Assembly (NCBI RefSeq): GCF_009914755.1 | Contig: NC_060938.1 | DNA length: 64,000 nucleotides | Direction: 5' to 3' (one strand) | From: the human T2T-CHM13v2.0 reference genome, Homo sapiens | In this document: positions 44,364 through 59,641 of the stretch, in pieces | Layout: every line of letters begins with the position of its first letter | Position numbering within the stretch: the stretch's first letter is position 1 | Notes under the pieces: generated by a model | Database searches by the model: none | Seen by the model: the letters and a program-made list of their open reading frames with translations, nothing else | Told to the model about the DNA's origin: nothing | Position numbers and translations under genes: made by a program

Positions 44364-44960
44364 GGCCTGGTATAGTGGCTCATGCCTATAACCTCAGCAC
44401 TTTGGGAGGCCTAGGTGGGAGGATCGCTTGAGCCCAGGCATTTGAGACCAGCCTGGGCAACATGGTGAGATCATGTCTCTGCAAAAATAAAAGTAAAAAA
44501 AATTATCTGGGCATCAAGGTGGGCACCTGTAGTCCCAGCTACTCAGGAGGCTGAGGTGGGAGTATTGCTGGAGCCCAGGAATTTTTTTTTCTTTTGTTTT
44601 TCAAGACAAGGTCTCACTCTGTCACCTGGACTGGTGTACAGTGGCACGATTTTGGCTCACTGAAGCCTCCATCTCCTGGGCTCAAGTGATTCTCCTACCT
44701 CAGCCTCCCAAGTAGCTGGGACTACTTGGCATGCCACCATGCCTGGCTAATTTTTGTATTTTTAGTAAAGACAGGGTTTCACCATGTTGCCCAGGCTGGT
44801 CTTGAACTCCTGACCTCAAACTGCCTTCCTCAGCCTCCCAAAGTGCTGAGATTGCAGGCATGAGCCATTGCGCCTGGCCAAGCCTAGGAGTTTGAGGCTG
44901 CATTGAGTAGTGGTCATGCCACTGCACTCCAGCCTGGATGACAGAGTGAGGCCCTAAAAT
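44364..44960 (+). mobile_element. AluJ split by an antisense Alu
   Basis: Left part ends gagcccagga at 44580 and resumes agcctaggagtttgaggctgca at 44881. Confidence 0.88.
44582..44879 (-). mobile_element. Alu nested in AluJ
   Basis: Reverse Alu; TSD agcc(c/t)agga. Confidence 0.92.
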
Positions 44961-45415
44961 CAAATTAAAAAAATTTTTTTTGTTGTTTTTATTTGTCTCT
45001 AAAAACAAACTTTAAAATTTTTTTAATTAAAAATAAAGAGGTGGGGCCTTTGATTAGATCATTAATCCCTTTAATAAGGGAGTAGCACACTTATAAAAGA
45101 GGCCTAATGGAGCTCATTTGCCCCTTCCACCATGTGAGGACACAGCGAGAAGGTGCCAACTGTTTACTAGAAAGCAGCCCTCATCAGACACAAATCTGCT
45201 GGCCTCTTGATCTTGGACTTTCCAGCCTCCATAAGTGTGGGAAGCAGATTTCTATTGTTTATAAGCTACCCAGTTTGTGGTATTTTGTTGCAGCAGCACA
45301 GATAGATTCAGACATCACATAACCCACCATTTCTACTCTTAGGTGTATACCCAAGAGAAGTGAAGACATATGCCCACATAAAAGCTTGAACATACATGAA
45401 TATTCATAATGTCTA

Positions 45416-45815
<400 letters not shown>

Positions 45816-46129
45816 TCAGCCTAAGAAAAGAATTAAGTACCAATACATGCCACAAAATGGATAAACTTGAAATCATGCCAAATGAATGATACCAGACACA
45901 AAAAGTTAGGTATTGTATGATTCCACTTATGTGAAATATCCAGAATAGGCAAAACAATAGAGATAGAAAGCAGATTAGTGGTTGTTGGGAACTGGGGGCA
46001 GCGGGGAGGGTGGTGAGGAAAGAATGGGAAGTACTACTAATACGTGCAATGTTTATTTTGAGGGTGATAAAAATGATCTGAAATTAGATAGTGGTGATGT
46101 CTGCACAACTCTATGAATATACTATAAAC

Positions 46130-46480
46130 CAGGGGTCCCCAACTCCTGGGCCACAGACCGGTAGCAGTACGTGGCCTGCTAGGAACTGGGCTGCACAGCA
46201 GGAGGTGAGTGGCGGGCGAATGAACATTACTGCCTGAGCTCCACCTCCTGTCAGATCAGCAGCAGCATTAAATTCTTATAGGCATGCAAACCCTATTGTG
46301 AACTGCACATGTAAGGGATCTAGGTTGCACGCTTGTTATGAGAATCTAATGCCTGATGATCTGAGATGGAACGGTTTCATCCCCTAACCATTCCCCCACC
46401 CCACCCTGCTGCACCTCAGTCTGTGGAAAAATTGTCATCTACGAAACGGTCCCTGGTGCCAAAATGGTTGGGGACTGCTG
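46130..46480 (+). mobile_element. MER1B hAT-Charlie element, full length
   Basis: TIRs caggggtccccaac...gttggggactgctg; perfect 8-bp TSD CTATAAAC. Confidence 0.92.
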
Positions 46481-46697
46481 CTATAAACTACTGACATGTA
46501 TCCTTGAAAACGTTGAATTTTATGGTATGTGAATTATATAATAATAAAGTAATAAAGAAATCAGAAGGGAAAAAAGGGAGCAAAAATAAAAGGCTAAATT
46601 GTGAAGTACAGATCCATTTTGAGGACTGTGATAGTCTAGACTCTGTAAGAAGCTGATTAACGAAGTCATGATATGTTTTCTGAAGACGATAAAGCTA

Positions 46698-47303
<606 letters not shown>

Positions 47304-49155
47304 CTAGGGACTGGAATCTGAAAGGTTGGTTCGGAATCTGTTCATAACTTAGATGTAAGAAAAAAACCTTTGGTTGGTAAGATAAATAATAGGGGGTGGA
47401 GGATGCAGGGGATTTCAAAAATAGTATTAACAAAAAGTTTCTGAGCATTTTTGATGTTCCAGGCACTGTCAAGTCACTTTAAATGTTCCTTACAATAACC
47501 CTTAGTTTTTATTACTATCCTTATTTAATGTGAGTTCACTGATGGACAGATCGGTTATCTGGTTATACAACTTGTCCTAAATAAGCCACACAGCTGGTAT
47601 GTGGAAGATCTGGGACTAAAACCTAGGTCTAAAAAAAAGATGGTCATAAATGCTTCAAAGTTTTTATGCTGAGGTGACTGGAATAACAGGGGTACTCCTG
47701 GACAGGGAAATGGAAGTTTAAAGGAGATGATTTCAGGGAGCCAGGTAAAGATGAAGAGTTTTTAAAAAGTAATACTGAACTTGGGGTGAAAGCATCACAT
47801 TCAGTGGAAATGTTTAAAGGACAATTAGATAAAGAAGGCTGGCAGTCTTGTGAGACGATCAGATCACACAGAGAAGTCATTAACACAGAAGTGAGCCCTA
47901 ATGAATGGCTCAGAGTCCCCAAATGAGGCTGCCCCTTGGGTCGCTGTTCCCCACAGGCAGAAGTAGGAAGAAGAGTTATCTAAGGTAACAGAGAAGAAAG
48001 GATCAGAGCTGAGAAAAGAATCAGATTAGTTAGGTGAGCCAAAAAAAAAAAAAGAAGAAAGAAAAACTATTTGAAGAAAGAAAGGTTGGTCAACAGTATC
48101 AAATGACATAGAAAAGTTCAGGAAAATAGTGACTGGCAAAAGTTACTCTTAACCTTGCAGAGGACAATTCTAAAGCTGATGGAAAACAGATTTCCAAGAG
48201 TTAAAGAAGATAAAGGGAGGTTTGCCAGGGAAAGAAAAGCAAGAAATAAGATGGTAATTTGGAGGTGCACCAGAAACAAAGACACTTTTCAAAGCAAAGA
48301 AGACCTAAGCACGAGTAAAGACTATGAAAAACGTAAGGGGGATTTAGATTGATTTGTGGTTATCAGGAAGAACAAAGGAAAAAAAAAGAAAAAGAGAATA
48401 TAAGAGGAAATATTTGTTTAAAAGATTCTTCATTGGGATAATTCCAAATATCCAGGAGGAAATAGGAAAAGCCCTGCCAAGCTAGAAGAAATACACATCA
48501 ATTTTCAAGATTGGGTTGTTGGAAGGCTTTAACCATCTTATAAAAGTAGAAAGGCCCAAGAGGCTAGAGTAAGTTGATCACAAATGTATTTAAACAAATA
48601 CTGTCAATATTAGTCAACGAGAGGGTGGGGCTGCTTGAGTTATTGTGCTGATCGGATGGAAGCCCTTCCCAGGTCAGATCTGGGCCAGGATGTAAGAAAG
48701 GAAGGATGTGATTGAGATTAGTTTCAGTATAACTAGGGCAGAGAGTCAGAGGCCATAGAGAAACCAGCGGTGACAGCACAGAAGTGCATTTGCCAGCCTA
48801 GAAGTGCTGCTGCCACCTGTGAGAGTCACTGGAAATCCACAGGCCAAGAATCCAGTCCTCACAGCTGCCTTCATCCTACAATGATGGATCAGTGTTTCCT
48901 TGTTAATAAACATGTAGGCTTCTCCCTGATTTTTAGTGTTATTTATTGTCTAGCTGGTTCCTCCTAGTTTTGGGTGGCAGGTAAACTGCTGACTCTCAAA
49001 CCCATTCTGAGAAATGTTCCCTACCCTTTGTCCTTTGTAACACAATGTCCTCTTTAAATGCATAAACCCTCTGTTCTTTCCCAGGAGTTGCAATTCCACT
49101 AAAAGAGCCAAACCAGAAAGTCATCTAAAATTTCAACTGCCCTAGGGCCAACTCA

Positions 49156-49679
<524 letters not shown>

Positions 49680-49695
49680 TAAAAGGGAGAATTTA

Positions 49696-49830
49696 GGCCG
49701 GGTGTGATGGCTCATGCCTCTATCCCAGTGCTTTGGCTTGGGAGGCCACGATGCAAGGATCACTTGAGGCCAGGAGTTCAGACCAGCCTGGGCAACAGAG
49801 CAAGATGCTATCTCTAAAATAAAGCAAAAC
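49696..49830 (+). mobile_element. Alu left monomer (FLAM-like)
   Basis: Single left arm plus A-rich tail. Confidence 0.82.
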
Positions 49831-49892
49831 AAATACAAGAACTTAGTAAACAAATGAAAATGTGTCCCTACACCTATTAAAAGATACACTCT

Positions 49893-50199
49893 TGACCAGG
49901 GGTGGTGGCTTAGGCCTGTAATCCCAGCACTTTGAGAAGCCAAGTCAGGTGGATTGCTTGAGCCCAGGAGTTCAAAACCAGCCTAGGCAACATGAGGAGA
50001 CCCCCCCAACCTATAAAAAATTTTTAAAACTTAGCCGGCCATGGTAGCATGCACATGTTGTCCTAGCTACCTGGGATGCTGCAATGGGAGGATCACTTGA
50101 GTCTGAGTCTGGGAGGTCGAGGCTGCAGTGAGCCGTAATTGCACCACTGTACTCCAGCCTGGGTGACAGAGTGAGACCCTGTGTCAAAAAAAAAAAAAA
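49893..50199 (+). mobile_element. Alu (J-like)
   Basis: TSD aaaagata(c)actctt. Confidence 0.92.
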
Positions 50200-50428
50200 G
50201 ATAACTCTTCATTTTTAGGTTCCATATAATTTCCTTCACCATATAAACAGACTCTACTATCTTCCATTTAGATACATAAAGAAACAAGTCCCTCTCGATC
50301 ACATATCTCCCTATATTTTTACTTCTGTGTTCCTTTAAACACAAAACCACTCAAATGAAAGGCCTGTATGTAATAGCTTTGCTTTCTCAATTTTCGATTA
50401 CTTTAAAACTCACCCCCACATTTGCATC

Positions 50429-50950
50429 TGAAGAAAACATGTCACCTCAAAATATGCTTCTTTTTTTCACATCTGTATGAATCAAAACTGCCTCTTTGAC
50501 ATAAAAATTATTTTTGAGCTAAAGGCAATTAAGATGCAGTAGAGGAAAAGCTCTCTTTATCCAACCTCCTTTTCTGCCTAAAGACAGGCTATAAATTCTC
50601 CTTTGCTGGAGACCACTCTAGACTCTTACCAACCCAAACATGGCACCAGAGTGATTTGCAAACAAATTTTATCTGTTAGTTTCCTCCAATATATTTAACT
50701 TTCCTTAGAAGTCTAAAATTGCTTTTCTTTGTCTGTTCTCTACAAATGTATTGTTCTTTGTTGAAGATGCTGTATATGCTGTATAAGCCATTGATCTGAG
50801 TTACTTTTCATTGAAATTTCTCCCAGATGATGTGTGCTGTATGCATTAATTAAATTGTTTGTTTTTCTTTTGTTAATCTGTCTTTTGTTATAGGCATCCC
50901 AGCTAAGAACTACAAGGGGTTGAGGGAAAATTATTTTTCCTCCCCAATAC
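50429..50950 (+). mobile_element. MER34-like ERV1 solo LTR
   Basis: cacctcaaaatatgc...ttttgagctaaaggcaatt...ttttctgcctaaag...ttttcttttgttaatctgtcttttgtt...aaaattatttttcctcccc. Confidence 0.72.
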
Positions 50951-50954
50951 CTCT

Positions 50955-53465
50955 GTTTCTATCAGTCCACTGAGTCAGTTTTTTAATGTCACCAATAATC
51001 CTCATGTGGCATAAGAAATGGTGCCCTTTCCATCCTTTTCTTCGAATTCTCTCAGCCGCTTGCCCACTCTCTCTTTCTGAACACACACTCCTCTTGGAGT
51101 CTGGACATTGCCGTCTTTGAGCTTTTCCTCTACCTCTCTTTTCTCATTTTTCAGACTTCCTTGCTTTCTTGCTGGCTCATCCTCTAGCTGATCTCTGAAG
51201 TCAGCATGCTATAGTACCTCTTTTCTTCTCTACATACATTCTCTCTCCAGCTGATCTCCTCATACCTTGAGGCTTAAAATACTATCTCTCTGTTGATGAT
51301 TTCCAAACCTCTAGCCCAGACCTGTGCTTGAAGCTCCAGACCTGTAGATCCATGTGTAGTAGGCACTTCAAACTAAAATGTGCAGTGTGAGACTCTGGAC
51401 TTTTCCTCCAATATCTACTTCTGCCCCAGTATTTTTCATCCCATCAGATAATATCACCATTCAACCCATTTGCTCAACTTACAAACTAGGAGTCAACCTT
51501 GATTTTCCACTTTCCTTTACTGCCAGTCTGCAATGACTAGTTTAACACTACATCCTGTTGGTCTGTCTCTAAAACAGATCCCAAATTGTTCCACTTTTCT
51601 CCACCTCCACCACCCCACCCTAATCTTAGCTACTGTCTTCTCACTTATATTATTTATTCAGTAGCCTCCTAAGTGGCCTCTCTGATCTTTCCCCTTCCAA
51701 TCCATTTCACTACACAGCAGCCAGAGTGATCCTTTAAATCTGTAAATCACAACATTTACTCTTCTCTTAATAACATCAGTAGCTTTCCATCACACTTAGA
51801 ATAGAATCCAAACTCCTTATCATGGCTTGAAAGGCCTCACAGGATCTGGACCGTCTACCTTGCTGACCTCTTGCTCACTGTATCCAGTCATTCAGGACTC
51901 CTTACTTTTCTATCTTAGCACATACCATTCCCTTGGCCCCCAGGCTTTTCCCTGCCTCTTCTTGTGGCTCTATGTTTCTCAGCCCCAGTATCATCCCTCA
52001 GCAAGGCTTTTCCTGGCCAGGCAGTCTGTAGTAGCCTTTACCACACTGCATCCCCACCACCCCATTACTTTCTATTTCCTCATTTGCTTTTGTTCTCCTA
52101 TAAAACTTACCAAGAATTCAAAATTATCACATTTGTTTGTTAGCTTATGATATTGTTTGGCTCTGTGTCCCCACCCAAATCTCATCTGAAATTGTAATCC
52201 CCATGTGTCCAGGGAGGGAAGTGATTGGATCAAGGGGGCAGTTTTCCCCATGCTGTTCTCGTGATGGGGAATGAGTTTTCATGAGATCTGATGGTATTAT
52301 AAGTGCCTGGCATTTCCCCTGCTTGCACTCACTCTCTCTCCTGACACCATGTGAAGAAGGATGTATTTGCTTCCCCTTCTGCCATGATTTTAAGTTTCCT
52401 GAGGCTTCCCAGCCATGTGGAACTATGAATTAATTGAAGCTCTTTTCTTTATAAATTACCCAGTCTCAAGTATTTCTTTATAGCAGTGTGAAAACGGACT
52501 AATACAGCATATTTGTCTTCATCCCAGCCAGCCTTCTTTTCTACCATTATAAGAGCCCCTTGAAGGGAGAGACTTTCCAATTCCATGCACTGGCACCATT
52601 CCAGCTCCGTGGGCACAATTCATGTCATGATCATGTGAATAGAGGTCCCTAAGGCTCCCAGCCTTGTTCTACTTTGTTCACAGCCATATCTCCCAAGCAC
52701 CTAGCATAGTACCTGGCACATGACTGGTGCTCAACAAGAATTTGATGAATGAATGAAAGAATGAAAGGGTGCATATCTTGGATTCTGTGCCACTAAGAAA
52801 CTTAAACTCGTAAAGACTATTAGAACCAAGAGCATCAGCACGACATATAAATATTGATGAGTTTCTCAGCCCCACATGCTTTTTTAGTAGTGTGCTCTGA
52901 TCTTTGAGCTGTAACCAAATATATCAATATGCATAGATCCTGTCCTTATCTTTGTCATAGACACTGTCCTTCAATCTTGTCTACTATCTTTGATTAGTCA
53001 ACCCTGGCCCTTTGCAACCTAGCCTCACTCCTCATTCTCCTATGACTTCATCTCCTATTTCCCATTGAAATTGGAGCCAAGGGAATAACTCCCTTGATTT
53101 ACTCTACCAAACCTTCCGGACTGTCAAAATCTACACAAGATGGTCTCTCTTCCTTCCCTGCCATTAGGCAGAAGAGGTGTTCATGTTCTTATCAAAGATT
53201 AATCCATCTGTGCCCACATCCCATTTCCTCCTATTCTCAATAGATTCTCCAGTGTTTTCTCCTGCATCTTTAAACTCTCTCCTTGACCCAGAGGCTTCTT
53301 ATCTGCACTTAAATGTGCTCAAGTCTTTCCCATCATTTGAGAGGCTAGAGAAGAAGTCAGAAAGCCCTCCTCAGACTTTACTGTCTCCTTTGCTGTTGTC
53401 CTTCCCTTCACAGTCAAACTTCTCCAAAAAATTTTAAGCATTGTCTATACTTACTGTCTCCATTT
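50955..53465 (+). mobile_element. L2 relics
   Basis: cacagcagccagagtgatcctttaaa, cttagaatagaatccaaactcctt, gcacctagcatagtacctggcaca...gaatgaatgaa. Confidence 0.75.
52148..52506 (+). mobile_element. THE1-type solo LTR
   Basis: tgatattgtttggctctgtgtccccacccaaatctcatc...gtgtgaaaacggactaataca; TSD gctta/gcata. Confidence 0.9.
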
Positions 53466-53744
53466 CCTCTTACTGTTTTACTATATTTAATTTTTTTATT
53501 TTTAATTTTTGTGGGTACATAGTAGGTGTATATATTTATGGGGTACATGAGATATTTTGATACAGGCATGAAGTATGTAATGATAACATGGAAAATGAGG
53601 TATCCATCTCCTCAAGCATTTATCCTTCGTGTTACAAACCATCCAATTATACTGTTTTAGCTATTTTTAAAATGTACAATTTAGTCATTATTGACTTTAG
53701 TCATGCTGTTGTGCTGTCAAATAGTAGGTCTCATTCATTCATCC

Positions 53745-54041
<297 letters not shown>

Positions 54042-55130
54042 TTCTCCATTCTTTCTATTTTTTTGTGTGTCCATTAACTATCTCCGCCTCCCCTCTCACC
54101 ACGCCCCCAACCCCAGCCACTACCCTTCCCAGTCTCTCGTAACAAACCTTCTATTCATGGACTCTGTGTCCATGAGTTCAATTGTTTTGATTTTTGTATC
54201 CCACAAGTAAGTGAGAACATGCAATGTTTGTCTTTCTATGCCTGGCTTATTTCACTTAAGATAATGACCTCCAGTTCCATCCACATTATTGCAAATGACA
54301 GGATTTCATTCTTTTTTTTTTATGGTTGAATAATACTCCATTGTGCGTATGTACCACATTTTCTTTATCCATGCATCTGTTGATGGACACTTAGGTTGCT
54401 TCCAAATCTTGGCTTTTGTGAACAGTGCTGCAACAAACACAGGATTCTGCAGACATCTATTCAATATACTGATTGCCTTTCTTTTGGGTATATACCCAGC
54501 AGTGGGATTACTGGATCATATGGTAGCTCTATTTTTAGTTTTTTGAGGAACCTCCAAACTGTTCTCCATAGTGGTTGTACTAATTTACATTCCCACCCAG
54601 AGTGTATGAGGGTTCCCTTTTCTCCACATTTCACCAGCATTTGTTTTTGCTTGTCTTTTGGATATAAGCCATTTTAACTGGGGTGAGATGATATCTCATC
54701 ATAGTTTTGATTTGTATTTCTCTGATGCTCAGTGATATTGAGCACCTTTTCATATGCCTGTTTGACATTTGTATATCTTCTTTTGAGAAATGTCTATTCA
54801 AATTTTTTGCCCGTTTTTTGATTGGGTTATTAGTTTTTTCCTATAGAGTTGTTTGAGCTGATTTTATATTCTAGTTATTAATCCCTTGTCAGAAGGGTAG
54901 TTTGCAAATATTTTCTCCCATTCAGTGAGTTGTCTTTTCACTTTGTTGATTGTTTCCTTTGCTGTGCAGAAGCTTTTGAACTTGATGTGATACCATTTGT
55001 CCATTTTTGCTCTGGTTGCTTGTGCCTGTGGGGTATTTCTCAAAAAATTTTTGCCCAGACAATTGTCCTGGAGAGTTTACACAATGTTTTCTTGTCATAG
55101 TTTCATAGTATGAGGCCTTATATGTAAGTC

Positions 55131-55430
55131 TTTTTTTTTTTTTTTTTTGAGACAGAGTCTTGCTCTGTCACCCAAGCTGGAGTACAGTGGTATAGTCTTG
55201 GCTCACTGTAACATCTGCCTCCTGGGTTCAAGTGATTCTTGTGTCTCAGCCTCCTGAGTAGCTGAGATTACAGGTGTGCACCACCACAATTGGCTAATTT
55301 TTGTATTTTTGATAGAGATGGGGTTTTGCTATTTTGGCCAGCCTGGTCTCAAACTTCTGGCCTCAAGCACACCTCCTGCCTTGGCCTCCCAAAGTGCTGG
55401 GATTACTGGTGTGAGCCACCATGCCTGACC
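55131..55430 (-). mobile_element. Alu in L1
   Basis: Reverse Alu; TSD at(g/t)taagtcttt. Confidence 0.93.
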
Positions 55431-55873
55431 AGATTTAAGTCTTTAATCCATTTTGATATGATTTTTGTATATGGTGAGAGACAGAGGTCTAGTTTTTCTG
55501 CATATGGATATTCACTTTTCCAAGGATTATTGAAGAGACTATCTTTTCCCCAATGTATGTTCTTGGCACCTTTGTCAAAAATGAGTTCACTGTAATGTGT
55601 GAATTTGTTTCTGGGTTCTCTATTCTGTTCCATTGGTCTATGTGTCTGTTTTTATGCCAGTACCATGCTATTTTGGTTACTATAGCTCTGTATAATAATT
55701 TGAAGTCAGGTAATGTGACTCCTCCAGTTTTGTTCTTTTTGCTTAGGATAGATTTGGCTATTCTGTGTCTGTTGTGGTTCCACATAAGTTTTAGGATTTT
55801 TTTCTATTTCTGTGAAGAATGTCATTGGTATTTTGATAGGGATTGCATTAAATCTGTAGGTGGCTTTGGGTAG

Positions 55874-56218
<345 letters not shown>

Positions 56219-57957
56219 TGAACATGAACACCATTTTTTGGTGTCCTCTTCAATTTCTTTCATTCAATGTTTTATAGTTTTCATTATAGAGATCTTTCAC
56301 TTCTTTGGTCAAGTTAATTTCTAGGTATTTGATTTCATTTGTGGCTATTGTAAATGAGATTTATTGATTTCTTCTTCAGATTATTCACTGTTGGCATATA
56401 GAAGTGCTCCTGATTTTTGTGTGTTGATTTTATATCCTATAACTTTACTGAATTTATCATTTCTAATAGTTTTTTGGTAGAGTCTTTAGGTTTTTCTAAA
56501 TATAAGATTATATCATCTGCAAACAAGGATAATTTGACTTCTCCGATGCCAATTTGGATGCCTTTTATTTCTTCTCTTATTGGGTTGCTCTAGCTAGGAC
56601 TTCCAGTATGATGTTGAATAACAGTGGTAACAGTGGGCATTCTTGTTGTGTTCCACATCTTACAGGAAAGGCTTTCAGTTGTTCCCCATTCAGTGTGATA
56701 CTAGCTGTGGGTCTATTGTATATGGCTTTTATTATGTTGAGGTATGTTTCTTCTATATATAGCTTTTTAAGGGTTTTTTTAATCAGGAAAGAATGTTAAA
56801 TTGTATCAAATGCTTTTTCAGCATCAATTGAAATGATCATATAGTTTTTATCCTTCGTTCTGTTGATGTGGTGAGTCACATTTATTGATCGGTATATGAT
56901 GAATCATCTTTGCATCCCATGGATAAATTCTAGTTAGTCATGATGAATGATTTTTAAAATGTATTGTTGAATTCTCTTTGCTAGTATTTTGCTGAGGATT
57001 TTTGCATCAATGTCTGTCAGAGATACTGGCCTGTAGTTTTCTTTTTCTTGTTGCATCTTTGTCTGGTTTTGGTCTCAGGGTAACACCGGCCTCATAGAAT
57101 GAGTCTGGCAGTATTCCCTCCTCTTCTATTTTTCAGAATACTTAGATTAGGATTGATATTAGTTTTTCTTTAAATGTTTGGTAGAATTCAGCTGTGAAGT
57201 CATTGGGTCCCAGGCTTTTCTTTACTGAGATACTTTTTGTTATGGCTTTGATCTCGTTACTTGTTATTTGTCTGTTCAGGTTTTAGATTTCTTTATGGTT
57301 CAATCCTGGTAGGTTGTGTGTATCTACATATGTGTCCATTTCTTCTAGCTTTTTCAATTTATTGGCATATAGTTGCTCAAAACAGCCACTCATGATCCTT
57401 TGAAATTCTGTACTATCAGTTGTAATGTCTCCTTTTTCGCCTCTGATTTTGTTTGTTTGGGTCTTCTCCCTGTTTTTCTTAGTCTGTCAATTTACTTTAA
57501 CTTTTCAAAGATCAGCTTTTTGTTTCATTGATCCTTTGCAGTGTTTTCTTCATTTAAAAATTATTTATTTCTGCTCTGATTTTTATTTATTTTCTTCTAC
57601 TAGTTTTGGGTTTGTTTTGCTCTTGCTTTCCTAATTCTTTGAGGCGCATTGCTAGATTGTTTATCTGAAGTTTTTCTTTTTTTTATGTATGCATTAATAG
57701 GTATAAACTTCCCTCTTAGTACTGCTTTTGCTATATTCCATAGGTTTTGGTATGTTGTGTTTCCATTATCATTTGTTTCAAGAAAATGTTCAATTTTCTT
57801 AATTTCTTCATTGACCCACTGGTAATTCTGGAGCATATTGTTTAATTTTCATGTGTTTGCATAGTTTCCAAAATTCTTCTTGTTATTGATTTCTAGTTTT
57901 ATTCCTTTGTGGTCAGAGAATATGCTTGATATTATTTTAATGTTTTGAATGTTTTAA

Positions 57958-58258
<301 letters not shown>

Positions 58259-59262
58259 AAGACTTGTTTTTTTGATCTAATGTATGGTCTATCCTTAAGA
58301 ATGATTAATGTGCTGAGGAAAACAATGTGTATTCTGCAGCCATTGGATGAAATGCTCTGTAAATATCTATTTGATCCATTTGGTCTATAGTGCAGATTAA
58401 GTCTGATGTTTTCCTTGTTGATTTTCTGCTGGGATGATCTAGCCAATGCTGAAGGCAGGGTATTGAAGTCCAGCTATTATTGTATTGGGGTCTATCTCTC
58501 TTTTTAGCTCTGATAATATTTCCTTTATATATATGAGTACTCTAGTGTTGGGTGCATAGATATTTACATTTGTTATATTCTCTTGCTGAATTGACCTCTT
58601 TATTATTACATAGTGACCTCATTTGTCTCTTCATATAGTTTTTATCTTGAAATCTATTTTGTCTGTTGTAACTATAGGTACTCCTGCTCTTTTTGGTTTC
58701 CATTGGCATGGAATATCTTTTTCCCTTTCTTCATCAGTCTATGTGTGCCTTTATAGGTAAAGTGTGTTTCTTGTAGGCAACACATCAATGAGTCTCATTT
58801 TTTTATTTATTTAGCTATTCTGTGTCTTCTGATTGGAGAGTTTAGTCCATTTATATTCCCTGTTATTACTGATAAGTAAGACTTACTCCTGCCATTTTGT
58901 TATTTGTTTTCTGGTTGTTTTGTGGTCTTCTGTCCTTCTTTCTTTCCTTCTTGTCTTTCTTTAGTGAAAGTAATTTTCTCTGGAGATATGATTTAGTTTC
59001 TTGCTTTTTATTTTTTGTGTATTTGTTGTATCCTTTTTTGTTTGAGGTTACCATGAGGCTTGCAAATACTATCTGATAACCCATTATTTTCAGCTGATAA
59101 CAACCTAACACTGTTAGCATAAGCAAACAAACAAACAAAAAGAAAACTAATAAAAACTCTATCCATTAATTGCATCCCCCCACTTTTTAATTTTTGTTGT
59201 TTCTATTTATAACTTATTGTACTGTCTATGCCTTGAAACATTGTTGTAGTTCTTGTTTTTAA

Positions 59263-59641
<379 letters not shown>

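Larger units (their letters stand above)
44277..45314 (+). mobile_element. MaLR (MLT1A/MST-like) LTR split by nested Alus
   Basis: atggtctgaatgtttgtgtcctcc...gagatgggg [Alus] gaggtggggcctt...gcagcacagatagattcagaca. Confidence 0.8.
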
